Assembly (NCBI GenBank): GCA_964291235.2
Contig: OZ219816.1
Coordinates: forward strand, 704,001 to 768,000
Length of the DNA: 64,000 nt
Reading direction: 5' to 3'
Source of the DNA: Vicinamibacteria bacterium
Lineage (GTDB): Bacteria; Acidobacteriota; Vicinamibacteria; Marinacidobacterales; Marinacidobacteraceae
Positions 31,106 to 41,103 of this stretch are shown here, in pieces (the first letter of the stretch is position 1; each line of letters starts with the position of its first letter). The notes under the pieces were generated by a model. It was not told where the DNA came from. It did not search any database and saw only the letters and a list, made by a program, of their open reading frames with translations. The position numbers were made by a program, and so were the translations under genes.

Positions 31106-32251
31106 ATGAGGCTTGCCATCGTCTGCTATCCCACCCATGGCGGGAGCGGCGCGGTCGCCTCCGAACTCGCCATCGGGATGGCGGACGCCGGCCACGATGT
31201 CCACGTGGTGAGCTACGCGGTGCCCTTCCGCCTGCGCCGGTTCCACCCGGGGGTTCGGCTGCACGAAGTCGAGATCGCCTCCTATCCGCTGTTCCGCTAC
31301 CCGCCGTACACCCTGGGGCTCGCGACGAAGCTCGCCGAGGTGGCAAGCGAAGAAGGCGATTTCGACATCATCCACGCCCACTACGCGGTTCCCAATGCGG
31401 TCAGCGCCTTTCTTGCGCGGGAGATCATCGGGGGCGGCCGCACCCGGGTCGTCACCACCCTCCATGGAACCGACATCACACTGGTGGGCGCGGACAAGTC
31501 GTTCCACCGGGTGATCTGCTTCGCGCTCGAGCGCTCGGACGCCGTGACCGCGGTTTCGAACTATCTCGCCGACCGGACCCAACGCGATTTCGCTCCGCAC
31601 GTGCCGGTGGAGGTCATCCCGAACTTCGTGGATACCGCGCTTCCGCCTCCTCCGTCCGGGCGCGGGGCGCGGGAGACCTGGGCTCCGAACGGGGAGCGGA
31701 TCCTGATGCACGCCTCGAACTTCCGACCGGTGAAGCGCATCAGCGACGTCGTGCGCGTCTTTGCCGAAGTGCGCCGGCAGCTTCCCGCCAAACTCGTGCT
31801 GGTGGGAGAGGGGCCGGAGCGCCTTTTCGCCCAGCAACTCGTCCGCGAACTCGAACTCACCCCCGACGTGATCTTCCTCGGGCAGCAGGACGACATCGGG
31901 GGGCCACTCGCCTGTGGAGACCTGCTGCTGCTGCCGAGCGAACAGGAGAGCTTCGGGCTGACCGCGCTCGAAGCGATGGTAAGCCGCGTGCCGGTGATCG
32001 CGACGGCGATCGGAGGCCTCCCGGAGGTGGTGCTTGACGGAGAAACCGGGCACCTGTTCCCGGTAGGGGAGGTTCGGGGGATGGCGGCGGCCGCGGTACG
32101 GCTCCTGACCGACGAACCGGCCCGCCGGGCGATGGGGGAGGCGGGGCGGAACCGGGCGATCACCCACTTTGCCCGCGAGATCGTGATGCCTCGGTACGAG
32201 GCTCTCTACGAGCGGGTGATCGCCGGGGCTCCGGCGGTCGCGCCGCGCTGA
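31106..32251 (+). CDS. bshA: BshA-type GT4 glycosyltransferase (bacillithiol biosynthesis)
   Basis: CYPTHGGSG, YPLFRYPPY, HAHYAVP, TTLHGTDITLVG, SNFRPVKR, ESFGLTALEAM. Confidence 0.88.
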   Translation: MRLAIVCYPTHGGSGAVASELAIGMADAGHDVHVVSYAVPFRLRRFHPGVRLHEVEIASYPLFRYPPYTLGLATKLAEVASEEGDFDIIHAHYAVPNAVSAFLAREIIGGGRTRVVTTLHGTDITLVGADKSFHRVICFALERSDAVTAVSNYLADRTQRDFAPHVPVEVIPNFVDTALPPPPSGRGARETWAPNGERILMHASNFRPVKRISDVVRVFAEVRRQLPAKLVLVGEGPERLFAQQLVRELELTPDVIFLGQQDDIGGPLACGDLLLLPSEQESFGLTALEAMVSRVPVIATAIGGLPEVVLDGETGHLFPVGEVRGMAAAAVRLLTDEPARRAMGEAGRNRAITHFAREIVMPRYEALYERVIAGAPAVAPR

Positions 32252-32270
32252 TGCCGGTCCGCGGCAGCGG

Positions 32271-33260
32271 TCACCCCTCGCCGTAGATCCGTTCCCGATA
32301 GCCGAGCGCCGCGGGGCGCTCGGCCAGGTAGGCCTGGTCGGCAAGGCTGTCCACCGCGAATTCCGCGGCCCCGCGAGCGAGGGATCGCACCGGCATCGCC
32401 AGGGGAACCTCCCGCGCCAGGAAGGCCGTGATTTCCCGGTTCAGGCGGATCCTGGCTGCCGCGCCGAGCTGCTTCTTGAGGTGGCCCGCGAGATGGAGCA
32501 GCACGTTGTGGTGGGTTCCGACCGCGGCGGGTTCCGCGAGGCCCGCCAGGAAGCCCGTCCGGTAGGCGGAAAAGGCCGCCGGGGCTCCGCTGGCCCCCGC
32601 GAGCCGGTGTCCGAGCTCCCGGGCGGTCTCTTCCGCGTGCGCCATCAGGACCATCTTCCAGCGGGCGTGGAACCCCTGGAGCGCGGCGATCGTCAGCTGG
32701 CCGGAACCGAGGGCCCGGAGTTCCGCGCTGGCGAAGACCCGGGTCAGCCAGTGATCCCGGCGGGCCGGGTCGTCGAGGTCCGTTTCACAGATTCGGGGAA
32801 TGTCGGGGAGTGCGCCGGCGAGACCGCCGGCGAAGATTCCGGTGCCGTTTTCGGAGACCACGGTTCCCTTCACGTGGAGCTTTACGTCTCCCGTCCCGCA
32901 GCTCGGGGAACGCGATTTGAGGACGATCCCGGAGACTCCAGCGTCCCGGAACCGCGCCGCTGCTCCGCTTGCGTATGCCTCCATGAGCGGGGTCAGTTCT
33001 TCGTCCCGCGAGCCAAGGAGCCGGACCCCGGATGCCTCCCGTTCCAGCCGGATTCGGGGCCGGGGGACGCCGAGCCCGATGCCCGTTTCGGGGCACTCGG
33101 AGATCACCTCGAACGCGCGGCCGAGGGCATCGGCGACGTAGTTGCTCCGCCGGTGCCCGCCGTCGTAACGCACGGGCTCCCCCAGCAGACATCCCGACAC
33201 CGCGATCCTCAGACGCGGCGGCGCCGGTGAGCCGCGTTCCACCTCTTGCATCCCGCTCAT
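32271..33260 (-). CDS. DUF523 (TudS-like) plus DUF1722 (YbgA-like) protein
   Basis: SGCLLGEPVRYDGGH, CPETGIGLGVPR, KSRSPSCG; C-terminal FHARWK and HHNVLLHLAGHLK. Confidence 0.85.
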   Translation of the reverse strand: MSGMQEVERGSPAPPRLRIAVSGCLLGEPVRYDGGHRRSNYVADALGRAFEVISECPETGIGLGVPRPRIRLEREASGVRLLGSRDEELTPLMEAYASGAAARFRDAGVSGIVLKSRSPSCGTGDVKLHVKGTVVSENGTGIFAGGLAGALPDIPRICETDLDDPARRDHWLTRVFASAELRALGSGQLTIAALQGFHARWKMVLMAHAEETARELGHRLAGASGAPAAFSAYRTGFLAGLAEPAAVGTHHNVLLHLAGHLKKQLGAAARIRLNREITAFLAREVPLAMPVRSLARGAAEFAVDSLADQAYLAERPAALGYRERIYGEG

Positions 33261-33952
33261 CCCCCCGCGAGCCGGCGAGCGTCGGCGAAGACCCGGTGGA
33301 ACATGGGGCGGGTCAGCCGTCCGGTGAAGGTGTTCTGCTGGCTCGGGTGGTAGCTGGCGAGCAGCTCGATCTCGGGAGCGATGGCAGCGCGGGCGCCGTG
33401 ACCGAACTTCGGCGCCGGCGCGGGCGTCTCGCGCCCGATGGCCTTCCAGGTGCGGAGGAACGCGCGGAAGGCGATGGAGCCGAGCGCGACGACCACGCGC
33501 AGCTCGGTTGCTGCCCGGAGTTCCTCCTCCAGGAAGGGCTGGCAGGCGACGAGTTCATCCCGGGTGGGGCGATTCCCGGGTGGAGCGCAGTGGAGAGCGG
33601 CGGTGATCCGGGCTTGCACGAGCCGAAGCCCGTCTTTCGGATCGGGCGAGTGGGGCGCCGACGAGAAGCCGAAGCGATGGAGCGCCTCGTAGAGCCACTC
33701 GCCGGACCGGTCCCCGGTGAACATCCGGCCGGTGCGGTTCGCCCCGTGGGCGGCTGGCGCGAGGCCCACGATCAGCAATCGGAAACCCTCGTCCCCGAAA
33801 GAGGGAACCGGTTGCGCCCAATAGTTCAGCCCGCGATAGCGGCGCGGGGGCTCCCGGGCCACGGCCTCCCGGTGGGCCACCAGACGCGGACAGATCCGGC
33901 ACGCGGCAACGCGTGCGTGGAAGTCGGCGGAGCGGGGCACGGCTGGTCCCAT
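33257..33952 (-). CDS. Family 5 uracil-DNA glycosylase (UdgB-like)
   Basis: CRICPRL, GLAPAAHGANRTGRMFTGDRSG, CAPPGN, YHPSQQN. Confidence 0.92.
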   Translation of the reverse strand: MGPAVPRSADFHARVAACRICPRLVAHREAVAREPPRRYRGLNYWAQPVPSFGDEGFRLLIVGLAPAAHGANRTGRMFTGDRSGEWLYEALHRFGFSSAPHSPDPKDGLRLVQARITAALHCAPPGNRPTRDELVACQPFLEEELRAATELRVVVALGSIAFRAFLRTWKAIGRETPAPAPKFGHGARAAIAPEIELLASYHPSQQNTFTGRLTRPMFHRVFADARRLAGG

Positions 33953-33993
33953 TGTCGCAGCCCGGCGTGTCGCGAGACGTCATCCGTCAGAAT

Positions 33994-34809
33994 GTGCGGT
34001 CGGAATTTCGTTTGACTCCCGCTACCGCTGACCGCGCCACCCAGGAACGGTTTCTCGAACCCGACGATCCGGGGCGCGCCCGGCTGGCCCTGAGCTGGAT
34101 TCCCCCACATGCATCCGAGGAACCAGTCTGGGTGTTTCTGCACGGGCTCGGGTCCGACCGGAAAGGAGAAAAGGCCCGGCGGTTCCGGGACCATCTCGCC
34201 GGCCGGGGGCCCGGGTTTGTCGCGCTTGACTTCAGCGGCCACGGCGAATCCGGCGGTGACTGCCGGGGACTCTCGTTGACGCGGAACCTCAACGACATCG
34301 GGCGGGTGGCCTCCTTCGTGCGCGAAGAGGTTGCCGCCGCGCCGTTGATTCTGGTCGGCTCTTCCATGGGGGGAATCGCCGCGCTCTGGTACGCCTCCCT
34401 CCATCCCGGCGGCGTCGAACGGGTGTTCGCCATCGCTCCCGCCTTCCTGATGGCGGCCCGGTTCGCGGCGAGCCTGTCTGCCGCCGCCCGGCGGGATTGG
34501 GCCGGGCAGGGGTTCTTGCCAGTTTCTGTCGGAGATCGGAACCTCGAAATCGGCTGGGACATCGTCGCCGACGAGGACGGCTACCGGATGGAGCGGTTGG
34601 CGGAGACGCTGCGTACTCCGGCGCTTCTCATGCACGGGGCGGAAGACATTGTCGTACCGCCCGAGCTGTCTCGCGATTTCGCCGCCAGGTGCCCGGCAGC
34701 CGAACTGTTTGAAATCGAGGATGGCGATCACCGCCTGAGCGAACACCGGGACCTGCTGTTCGAAACCATGTGGACCACCGCGGCGGCGGGAGGCCTCCGG
34801 GCGACCTGA
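33994..34809 (+). CDS. Alpha/beta hydrolase
   Basis: FLHGLGSD, DFSGHGES, GSSMGG, HGAEDIVV, GDHRL; start uncertain. Confidence 0.82.
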   Translation: MRSEFRLTPATADRATQERFLEPDDPGRARLALSWIPPHASEEPVWVFLHGLGSDRKGEKARRFRDHLAGRGPGFVALDFSGHGESGGDCRGLSLTRNLNDIGRVASFVREEVAAAPLILVGSSMGGIAALWYASLHPGGVERVFAIAPAFLMAARFAASLSAAARRDWAGQGFLPVSVGDRNLEIGWDIVADEDGYRMERLAETLRTPALLMHGAEDIVVPPELSRDFAARCPAAELFEIEDGDHRLSEHRDLLFETMWTTAAAGGLRAT

Positions 34810-35891
34810 TGTCCGCGTTGTTCATCGCCCTGAGCATCTACGCGGCCGTGCTGGTCGTCGCGTTCGGATTCGGACTGGTGATCGAGCGGGGAGTGCGGGC
34901 ATTTTTCCGGAAGAAGGCGGAAGCGACGCAGACCGACTGGGACGATTGGCTGGCCAGCGAGGGGTTCCACCTGGTGCCCTCCCTGTTGCTGGCGGTGGTC
35001 GCCACCCGGATCCTGATGACGGTGCGGCCGCCGGCCGACTCGGTGGAACCGCTGATCACCACCGGCCTGCAGGTGGTGCTGGTGCTCGCCGCGATCCGCG
35101 TGGGAGTGGACGTGGGCCTCGCCAGCCTCCGCATCCGACAGCAGCGGCTCGGCCACCAGGGCGTTTCGATCCTCCGCAACACGCTCGTCGGAGTAGCCCT
35201 GACCGTGGGGGTGCTCGTCGTCCTGGACCAGCTCGGGATTTCCGTGGCCCCGCTGCTCGCCACTCTGGGCGTCGGGGCGCTTGCCCTCGCCCTCGCGTTG
35301 CAGCCGACCCTCGGGAACATTTTCGCGGGGATCCAGTTGGTCGCTGCCGCGCAGTTCAAGGTGGGCGACTTTCTGCGGATCAACGACGCCGGGGTTGAGG
35401 GCTACGTCACCGACATCGGTTGGCGCACCACCACCCTCCGGACCCTGCTCGACAACTACGTGATCATTCCCAACTCGCAGCTCGCCGATTCGGTGCTCAC
35501 GAATCTGCACACCCCGGACCCCCGGGTTCGGCTCAGCATCGCCGTGGGGGTCCACTACGACACCGATCTGGAGGAAGCGGAACGCATCGCGCGCGAGGTA
35601 ATCCTTGAGGTCCAGAACGACACCGGCGCGGGAGTCTCCGGCTTCAAGGGTGACATCCGCTGGACGGCGTTCGGGGATTCGGCGATCACCTTCGACGCGA
35701 TCCTGCAGGCGCAAAAGCCGCTCGACCGCTTCGATGTCGCCAGTGCCTTCATCAAGCGGCTCCATCGCCGTTACGACGAGGCGGGAATCGAAATCCCGTA
35801 TCCGATTCGGAACCTGTATCTACGTACCGGAGTCGAGGTCACCGGGCCCGGAGGAAGCGGGGCCGCCTCGGCCGGGAACGAGTCGAGCTAG
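34809..35891 (+). CDS. Small-conductance mechanosensitive channel (MscS family)
   Basis: LGVGALALALALQPTLGNIFAG, FKVGD, IGWRTT, IPNS, GIEIPYP. Confidence 0.92.
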   Translation: MSALFIALSIYAAVLVVAFGFGLVIERGVRAFFRKKAEATQTDWDDWLASEGFHLVPSLLLAVVATRILMTVRPPADSVEPLITTGLQVVLVLAAIRVGVDVGLASLRIRQQRLGHQGVSILRNTLVGVALTVGVLVVLDQLGISVAPLLATLGVGALALALALQPTLGNIFAGIQLVAAAQFKVGDFLRINDAGVEGYVTDIGWRTTTLRTLLDNYVIIPNSQLADSVLTNLHTPDPRVRLSIAVGVHYDTDLEEAERIAREVILEVQNDTGAGVSGFKGDIRWTAFGDSAITFDAILQAQKPLDRFDVASAFIKRLHRRYDEAGIEIPYPIRNLYLRTGVEVTGPGGSGAASAGNESS

Positions 35892-35938
35892 CAGGGAGGG
35901 CGGATTCCAGCCGCCGGGTCTCATCAGGGAGGTTTTTG

Positions 35939-37693
35939 ATGACAGCAGCGAGTTCCACCGGAAGCGGGGCCGGCCCCCGGGAGGCGTCGGTCCGCTACCA
36001 GCCGGATGAAAGGCCGCCGGAGGCGCTCGCCTTCGGGCTGGGTCTCCAGATGGCGATCCTGCAGATCGCGGGCATTGTCCTCACCCCCGCGATCGTGATC
36101 CGCGCCGCCGGACTCGGCGAGCCGTACCTCTCCTGGGCCGTCTTCGCCGCGCTCATCGTGTGCGGCTTCTCCACCATCCTGCAGGCGAACCGGGTCGGCC
36201 GCTTCGGCGCCGGGCATGTGCTCCTGATGGGCACTTCCGGCGCCTTTATCGCGATTTCGGTTGCCGCGCTACGAGAAGGGGGGCCAGCGCTCCTCGCGGT
36301 GCTGGTCCTCGCTTCCTCGCTGTTCCAGTTCGGGCTCGCCTTCCAACTCACCTGGCTGCGCCGCGTGATTACCCCAACCGTCGCCGGCATCGTGATCATG
36401 CTGATCGCGGCGACGGTGATGCCCATCCTGTTCCCGCTGCTGGGGGATGTTCCCGAGGGCGCCGGAGTCCTGGCGGCGCCTCTGAGTGCCGGGGTGGCGC
36501 TCGCGGTCTTCGCTGGACTCGCGCTCCGGGGAAGGGGAATCCTGCGGCTCTGGGCGCCGATCATTGGGGTTGTCGTCGGATCCACGATCGGAGCCCTGAC
36601 CGGGATCTTCGATTTCGAGCCGGTCAGGAACGCCGGCTGGATCGGCATACCCACCGGATGGCCGGGGCTGGACTTTTCCTTCGGGGCTTCCTTTTGGGCG
36701 CTCCTGCCCGCTTTTGTCTTCGTGACCCTCATCGGCGCCATCGAGACGATCGGAGATGCCATCGCCATCCAGCGGGTCTCCTGGAGGAAGCCCCGGGCGC
36801 CCGACTACCGGGTGGTGGGGGGCGCCGTCGCCGCCGATGGGGTGGGCAACCTGCTCTCCGGGGTGCTGGGGACGGTGCCGAACACGACCTATTCCAACAG
36901 CATTTCGATGACGGAGCTGACCGGGGTGGCTTCGCGCCGGGTGGGTACCTGGATCGGCGTCAGCTTCCTGGGGCTGGCCCTGTTCCCGAAAGTGGCGGCC
37001 CTCTTTCTGGCGATTCCGGGTCCGGTGGTGGGCGCCTTCGGGATCGGCCTGATCGGGATCCTCTTCAGTCTCGGCATGCACCTGGTGGTGAAGGACGGAA
37101 TGAACCTGCAAAAGGCCGTCATCGTGGGTCTCTCCTTCTGGATCGGTACCGGATTCCAGGCCCGGGCCATCTTCCCCGAGGTTCTTGAGGGCTTTTGGGG
37201 GGTTCTGCTCGACAACGGGATGACGGCGGGCGGTCTGATGGCGATCCTGCTGATGGTTTTCCTGAATCTCACCGGAGCGCGGCCGAAGCGACTGCAGGCC
37301 CGCCTCGATATGTCGGCCGGAGCGAAGATCGAGGACTTCCTGAGAGCCGAGGCCGGCCGCCGCCGGTGGGACGAGGGGTCCACCTCCCGCCTCGTTTCCG
37401 CGGGAGAGGAGGCGCTCCTCAGCCTGCTCGAGGAGGGGGTTCCCGACGACGCGGAGGCACGGCAACTGCGTCTCACTGCCCGGACTGGACGGCGATCCGC
37501 GGAGTTGGAGTTCGTCGCGGCCGCCGGCGACCTCAACATCGAGGACCGCATGGCGATGATGGGCGACCGCCCCGAGGTTCCCGACGAGAGCGAGATATCG
37601 CTGCGCCTGTTGAAGCACTACGCGAGTTCGGTACGGCACCAGAAGTACCACGATGTGGACATCGTGACGGTGGAGGTGGAAGGACGGGCCTGA
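35939..37693 (+). CDS. NCS2 (xanthine/uracil) permease with extra C-terminal soluble domain
   Basis: MGTSGAFI, ITPTVAG, IETIGD, PNTTYS, TGVASR, NGMTAG; followed by about 135 soluble residues. Confidence 0.85.
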   Translation: MTAASSTGSGAGPREASVRYQPDERPPEALAFGLGLQMAILQIAGIVLTPAIVIRAAGLGEPYLSWAVFAALIVCGFSTILQANRVGRFGAGHVLLMGTSGAFIAISVAALREGGPALLAVLVLASSLFQFGLAFQLTWLRRVITPTVAGIVIMLIAATVMPILFPLLGDVPEGAGVLAAPLSAGVALAVFAGLALRGRGILRLWAPIIGVVVGSTIGALTGIFDFEPVRNAGWIGIPTGWPGLDFSFGASFWALLPAFVFVTLIGAIETIGDAIAIQRVSWRKPRAPDYRVVGGAVAADGVGNLLSGVLGTVPNTTYSNSISMTELTGVASRRVGTWIGVSFLGLALFPKVAALFLAIPGPVVGAFGIGLIGILFSLGMHLVVKDGMNLQKAVIVGLSFWIGTGFQARAIFPEVLEGFWGVLLDNGMTAGGLMAILLMVFLNLTGARPKRLQARLDMSAGAKIEDFLRAEAGRRRWDEGSTSRLVSAGEEALLSLLEEGVPDDAEARQLRLTARTGRRSAELEFVAAAGDLNIEDRMAMMGDRPEVPDESEISLRLLKHYASSVRHQKYHDVDIVTVEVEGRA

Positions 37694-37877
37694 TCGGCCC
37701 GTTGCGCAGTGCCCAAGGAATCGCCAACGGTCGCTCCGCCGTCATCGCGATGGCCGCCCTCGGCATCGTTCGGCCTGGCGCCGACGGCCGCAACCGGGGA
37801 GTCCTGAACTCGGGTTTCACCGGCAGGTTTGCCCGCGTGCGTGGTGTACGCTCGCGGGCCGGCCGTGCGGCAGGGTA

Positions 37878-40800
37878 ATGACGCCGCGCGGAGGGGAGGC
37901 GAGTCCCATGTTTGTTCCGTTTGCATCGTTTGGCAGGGCCCGGAGCGGTAGTGCCCAGTCCCTGCTTGTCGCCGCGTTCGTGCTCCTGGCGGCAGCGCCG
38001 GCGGGGGCCCAGACGGCCGAACAGGTCGAATCCATCCTGAACCGGATCGAGTGGCGGAACATCGGCCCGGCGATCATGGGCGGCCGGATCGACGACTTCG
38101 CCGTCGTCGAGTCCGACCCGAAGGTCTTCTGGGTGGCCACCGCCAGCGCGGGCCTCTGGAAGACCGAAAACCACGGCACCACCTGGATCCCCCAGTTCCA
38201 GAGCGAGGCGGTGTCCTCGATCGGCTCGGTCGCGGTAGCCCCCTCGGATCCCTCGGTGGTGTGGGTGGGCACCGGGGAGCCGGCGAACCGGCAGAGCAGC
38301 TCGTGGGGCAACGGGGTTTACGTTTCCACCGACGGCGGCAACACCTGGGACCACAAGGGGCTCGAGGACACGCACCACATCGGCCGGGTCCTGGTGCACC
38401 CGACGGACCCCGGAACCGTGTATGTCGCGGCGATCGGCCATCTCTGGGGCCCGAACGCGGAGCGCGGGGTCTATCGGACCCGGGACGGCGGTGAAACCTG
38501 GGACCGCGTGCTGCACGGCGACGACAACACCGGCGCGGTGGAACTCGCGATGGACCCGGAGAGCCCGGACACCGTGTACGCGGCGCTCTACCAGCGACGC
38601 CGGCGCGCCTACGGATTCGCCGGGGGCGGACCGGGCAGCGGAATCCACCGCACGACCGACGGAGGCGACACCTGGATGAAACTGGCCGGCGGCCTTCCCG
38701 AGGGGGACACCGGCCGGATCGGGCTCAGCGTGTATCGCCGCGATCCCCGGGTCGTTTACGCGATCGTCGAGAACCGGGAAGGCGGGGTCTTCCGTTCCGA
38801 GGACAAGGGGCTCACCTGGGAACGGATGAGCGACACGAATCCTCGTCCGATGTATTACAGCCAGATCCGGATCGATCCCAACAACGACCAGCGCATCTGG
38901 GTTCTCGGGACGCAGATGTACTACTCCCAGGACGGCGGACGGACCTTCGCCACCGACTGGGTCGAGCGCATCCACGTGGACCATCACGCAATGTGGATCG
39001 ATCCCGCCGACTCCAACCACATGCTGCTCGGCAACGACGGGGGGATCCACTTCTCCTGGGACCGGGGACGCACCTGGGACTTCGTGAACACCATCCCGCT
39101 CGCGCAGTTCTACGAGATCGGCCACGACATGAACACGCCGTACATGGTTTACGGCGGGCTCCAGGACAACGGAAGCTGGGCCGGCCCGTCGCGCACCTTC
39201 TTCCGCCAGGGAATCAGCAACGAGGACTGGTTTCGGATCGGCGGTGGCGACGGCTTCTACACGCAGGTCGTCCCGGACGACCCGGACACGGTGTACGTCG
39301 AGTCCCAGAACGGGAACCTGCGCCGGCTGAACCGCCGCACCTCCGAAACCAAACTGATCCGCCCACAGCCGGAAAACGGCGGCGAGCGCTACCGCTTCGA
39401 CTGGAACAGTCCGATCGTGATCTCGCCACACGACCCGAGCACCGTGTACTACGGAGGGAACCGGCTCTTCATTTCACGGAACCGGGGCGACGCCTGGACC
39501 CGCACCGACGACCTCACCAAGCGTCTCGATCGGGACGAGCTTCCCATCATGGACGTTCCGGTGACCGAGGACACGCTCTCGCGTCACGACGGGATCTCAA
39601 GCTTCGGCCAGATCGTGACCATCGCGGCTTCGCCGCTCGAAGAAGGGGTCATCTACGTGGGCGCCGACGACGGAAACCTGCAGCGGAGCCGGGACGGCGG
39701 CGCGACCTGGGACAACCTGACCTCGAACCTGCCGGGTGTCCCCGACCAGACCTACGTGACCCGGCTGATTGCGTCGGCGCACTCCGCGTCACGGGTCTAT
39801 GTCACCCTGGACGGCCACCGGAACGACGACTACGCCACCTACGCCTTCCTGAGCGACGACTACGGGGACAGCTTCCGCTCGATGGGGGCGACGCTGCCGC
39901 CGGAGGCCGCGCTCAACGTGATTCGTGAGCATCATGACAACGAGGATTTCCTGGTGGCGAGCGGTGAGTTCGGCGTTTACGTGACCCTCGACCGGGGCGC
40001 GAACTGGCACCGGGTCGGCGGCCAGATCCCTACCGTGCCGGTGGATGACCTCGCCATCCATCCGCGCGAGAACGACCTGATCCTCGGCACTCACGGCCGG
40101 GGCGTCTGGATCGCCGACGACATCGCTCCGCTCACCACCCTCGACGCGATGGTCTTCGAGAAGGATGTCCACCTGTTCCCGGTGCGCGACGCCGTCGCGT
40201 GGCGCATCTACACCCACAAGGGAAACACGGGCCACAAGTTCTTCATCGCTGAGAATCCGCCGGAGGGCGCGCTGCTCCACATCCATGTGAGGGCGGCCGG
40301 CGAGGCCGAGATCACGGTCAGCGCCGCGGGCGGCGATGCGGTCCGCACCCTGAAGGCCGAGCTTGAGCCGGGGCTCAACCGGGTGAACTGGGACCTCCGC
40401 TACGACTCCCCGGTTCCGGACGGCGGTCAAGGTTTTGGCGGACCGCCGCGGGGGCCGCGCGTGCTTCCGGGCGCCTACACCGTTCGGGTGACGAGCGGCG
40501 AGGCCTCGGCCGAGGGGGCCGTTCAGGTTTCCGAGGATCCCCGCATCCAGATTTCGGATACCGACCGCCGCGCCAACCACGACGCCCTGGTGCGGCTCAC
40601 CGGGATGATCGCCGGCATGACCCAGGCCCACGAGGCGGCCGAGACCACCGCCAAGGAGGCCGCGGGACTCGTGCAGGCATTCGCCAGCGAGCCGGACGGA
40701 GAACTGAAGACGCGCGTCTTCGATTTCCAGGAGGCCGCCGCGGAGGCGGCGAAGAACCTCTCCCGGAACGAGGGGCGCCAGGGACGCGGCGCCTGGCCGC

Positions 40801-41021
40801 GGCCGCTCTTCGCCCGCATCGGGGCCGAGGCCCGAAATCTGGATGCCTACACCGAGGCGCCGAGCGCGGAGGTGAGCGCCAGGATTGACTCGCTGGGCGC
40901 CGAGTACGACGAGCGGATCGCCGCCTGGGAGGCGGTGCGCGGGCAGATAGAGGCTCTGAACGAGTCCCTCCGCGGCGAGGGGCCGCCCCGACTCACGCCC
41001 CGCTCCGGCGGCATGAATTGA
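37878..41021 (+). CDS. Secreted VPS10/sortilin-like BNR-repeat protein (glycosyl hydrolase-like)
   Basis: WRNIGPAIMGGRI, repeated SxDGGxTW Asp-boxes, HVDHH, GGLQDNG, GTHGRG. Confidence 0.85.
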   Translation: MTPRGGEASPMFVPFASFGRARSGSAQSLLVAAFVLLAAAPAGAQTAEQVESILNRIEWRNIGPAIMGGRIDDFAVVESDPKVFWVATASAGLWKTENHGTTWIPQFQSEAVSSIGSVAVAPSDPSVVWVGTGEPANRQSSSWGNGVYVSTDGGNTWDHKGLEDTHHIGRVLVHPTDPGTVYVAAIGHLWGPNAERGVYRTRDGGETWDRVLHGDDNTGAVELAMDPESPDTVYAALYQRRRRAYGFAGGGPGSGIHRTTDGGDTWMKLAGGLPEGDTGRIGLSVYRRDPRVVYAIVENREGGVFRSEDKGLTWERMSDTNPRPMYYSQIRIDPNNDQRIWVLGTQMYYSQDGGRTFATDWVERIHVDHHAMWIDPADSNHMLLGNDGGIHFSWDRGRTWDFVNTIPLAQFYEIGHDMNTPYMVYGGLQDNGSWAGPSRTFFRQGISNEDWFRIGGGDGFYTQVVPDDPDTVYVESQNGNLRRLNRRTSETKLIRPQPENGGERYRFDWNSPIVISPHDPSTVYYGGNRLFISRNRGDAWTRTDDLTKRLDRDELPIMDVPVTEDTLSRHDGISSFGQIVTIAASPLEEGVIYVGADDGNLQRSRDGGATWDNLTSNLPGVPDQTYVTRLIASAHSASRVYVTLDGHRNDDYATYAFLSDDYGDSFRSMGATLPPEAALNVIREHHDNEDFLVASGEFGVYVTLDRGANWHRVGGQIPTVPVDDLAIHPRENDLILGTHGRGVWIADDIAPLTTLDAMVFEKDVHLFPVRDAVAWRIYTHKGNTGHKFFIAENPPEGALLHIHVRAAGEAEITVSAAGGDAVRTLKAELEPGLNRVNWDLRYDSPVPDGGQGFGGPPRGPRVLPGAYTVRVTSGEASAEGAVQVSEDPRIQISDTDRRANHDALVRLTGMIAGMTQAHEAAETTAKEAAGLVQAFASEPDGELKTRVFDFQEAAAEAAKNLSRNEGRQGRGAWPRPLFARIGAEARNLDAYTEAPSAEVSARIDSLGAEYDERIAAWEAVRGQIEALNESLRGEGPPRLTPRSGGMN

Positions 41022-41103
41022 AACGCCTCCTTCCTCATGTGGAGCCCTGCGCCGTATGCTCTCCGCTCGCTGACACCCTTCCCACGTCAGGAGGAAACCG
41101 CCC

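Noticed and set aside
31106-32251. bshA outside Firmicutes as a novelty
   Set aside because: BshA homologs are already known to be widespread in other phyla.
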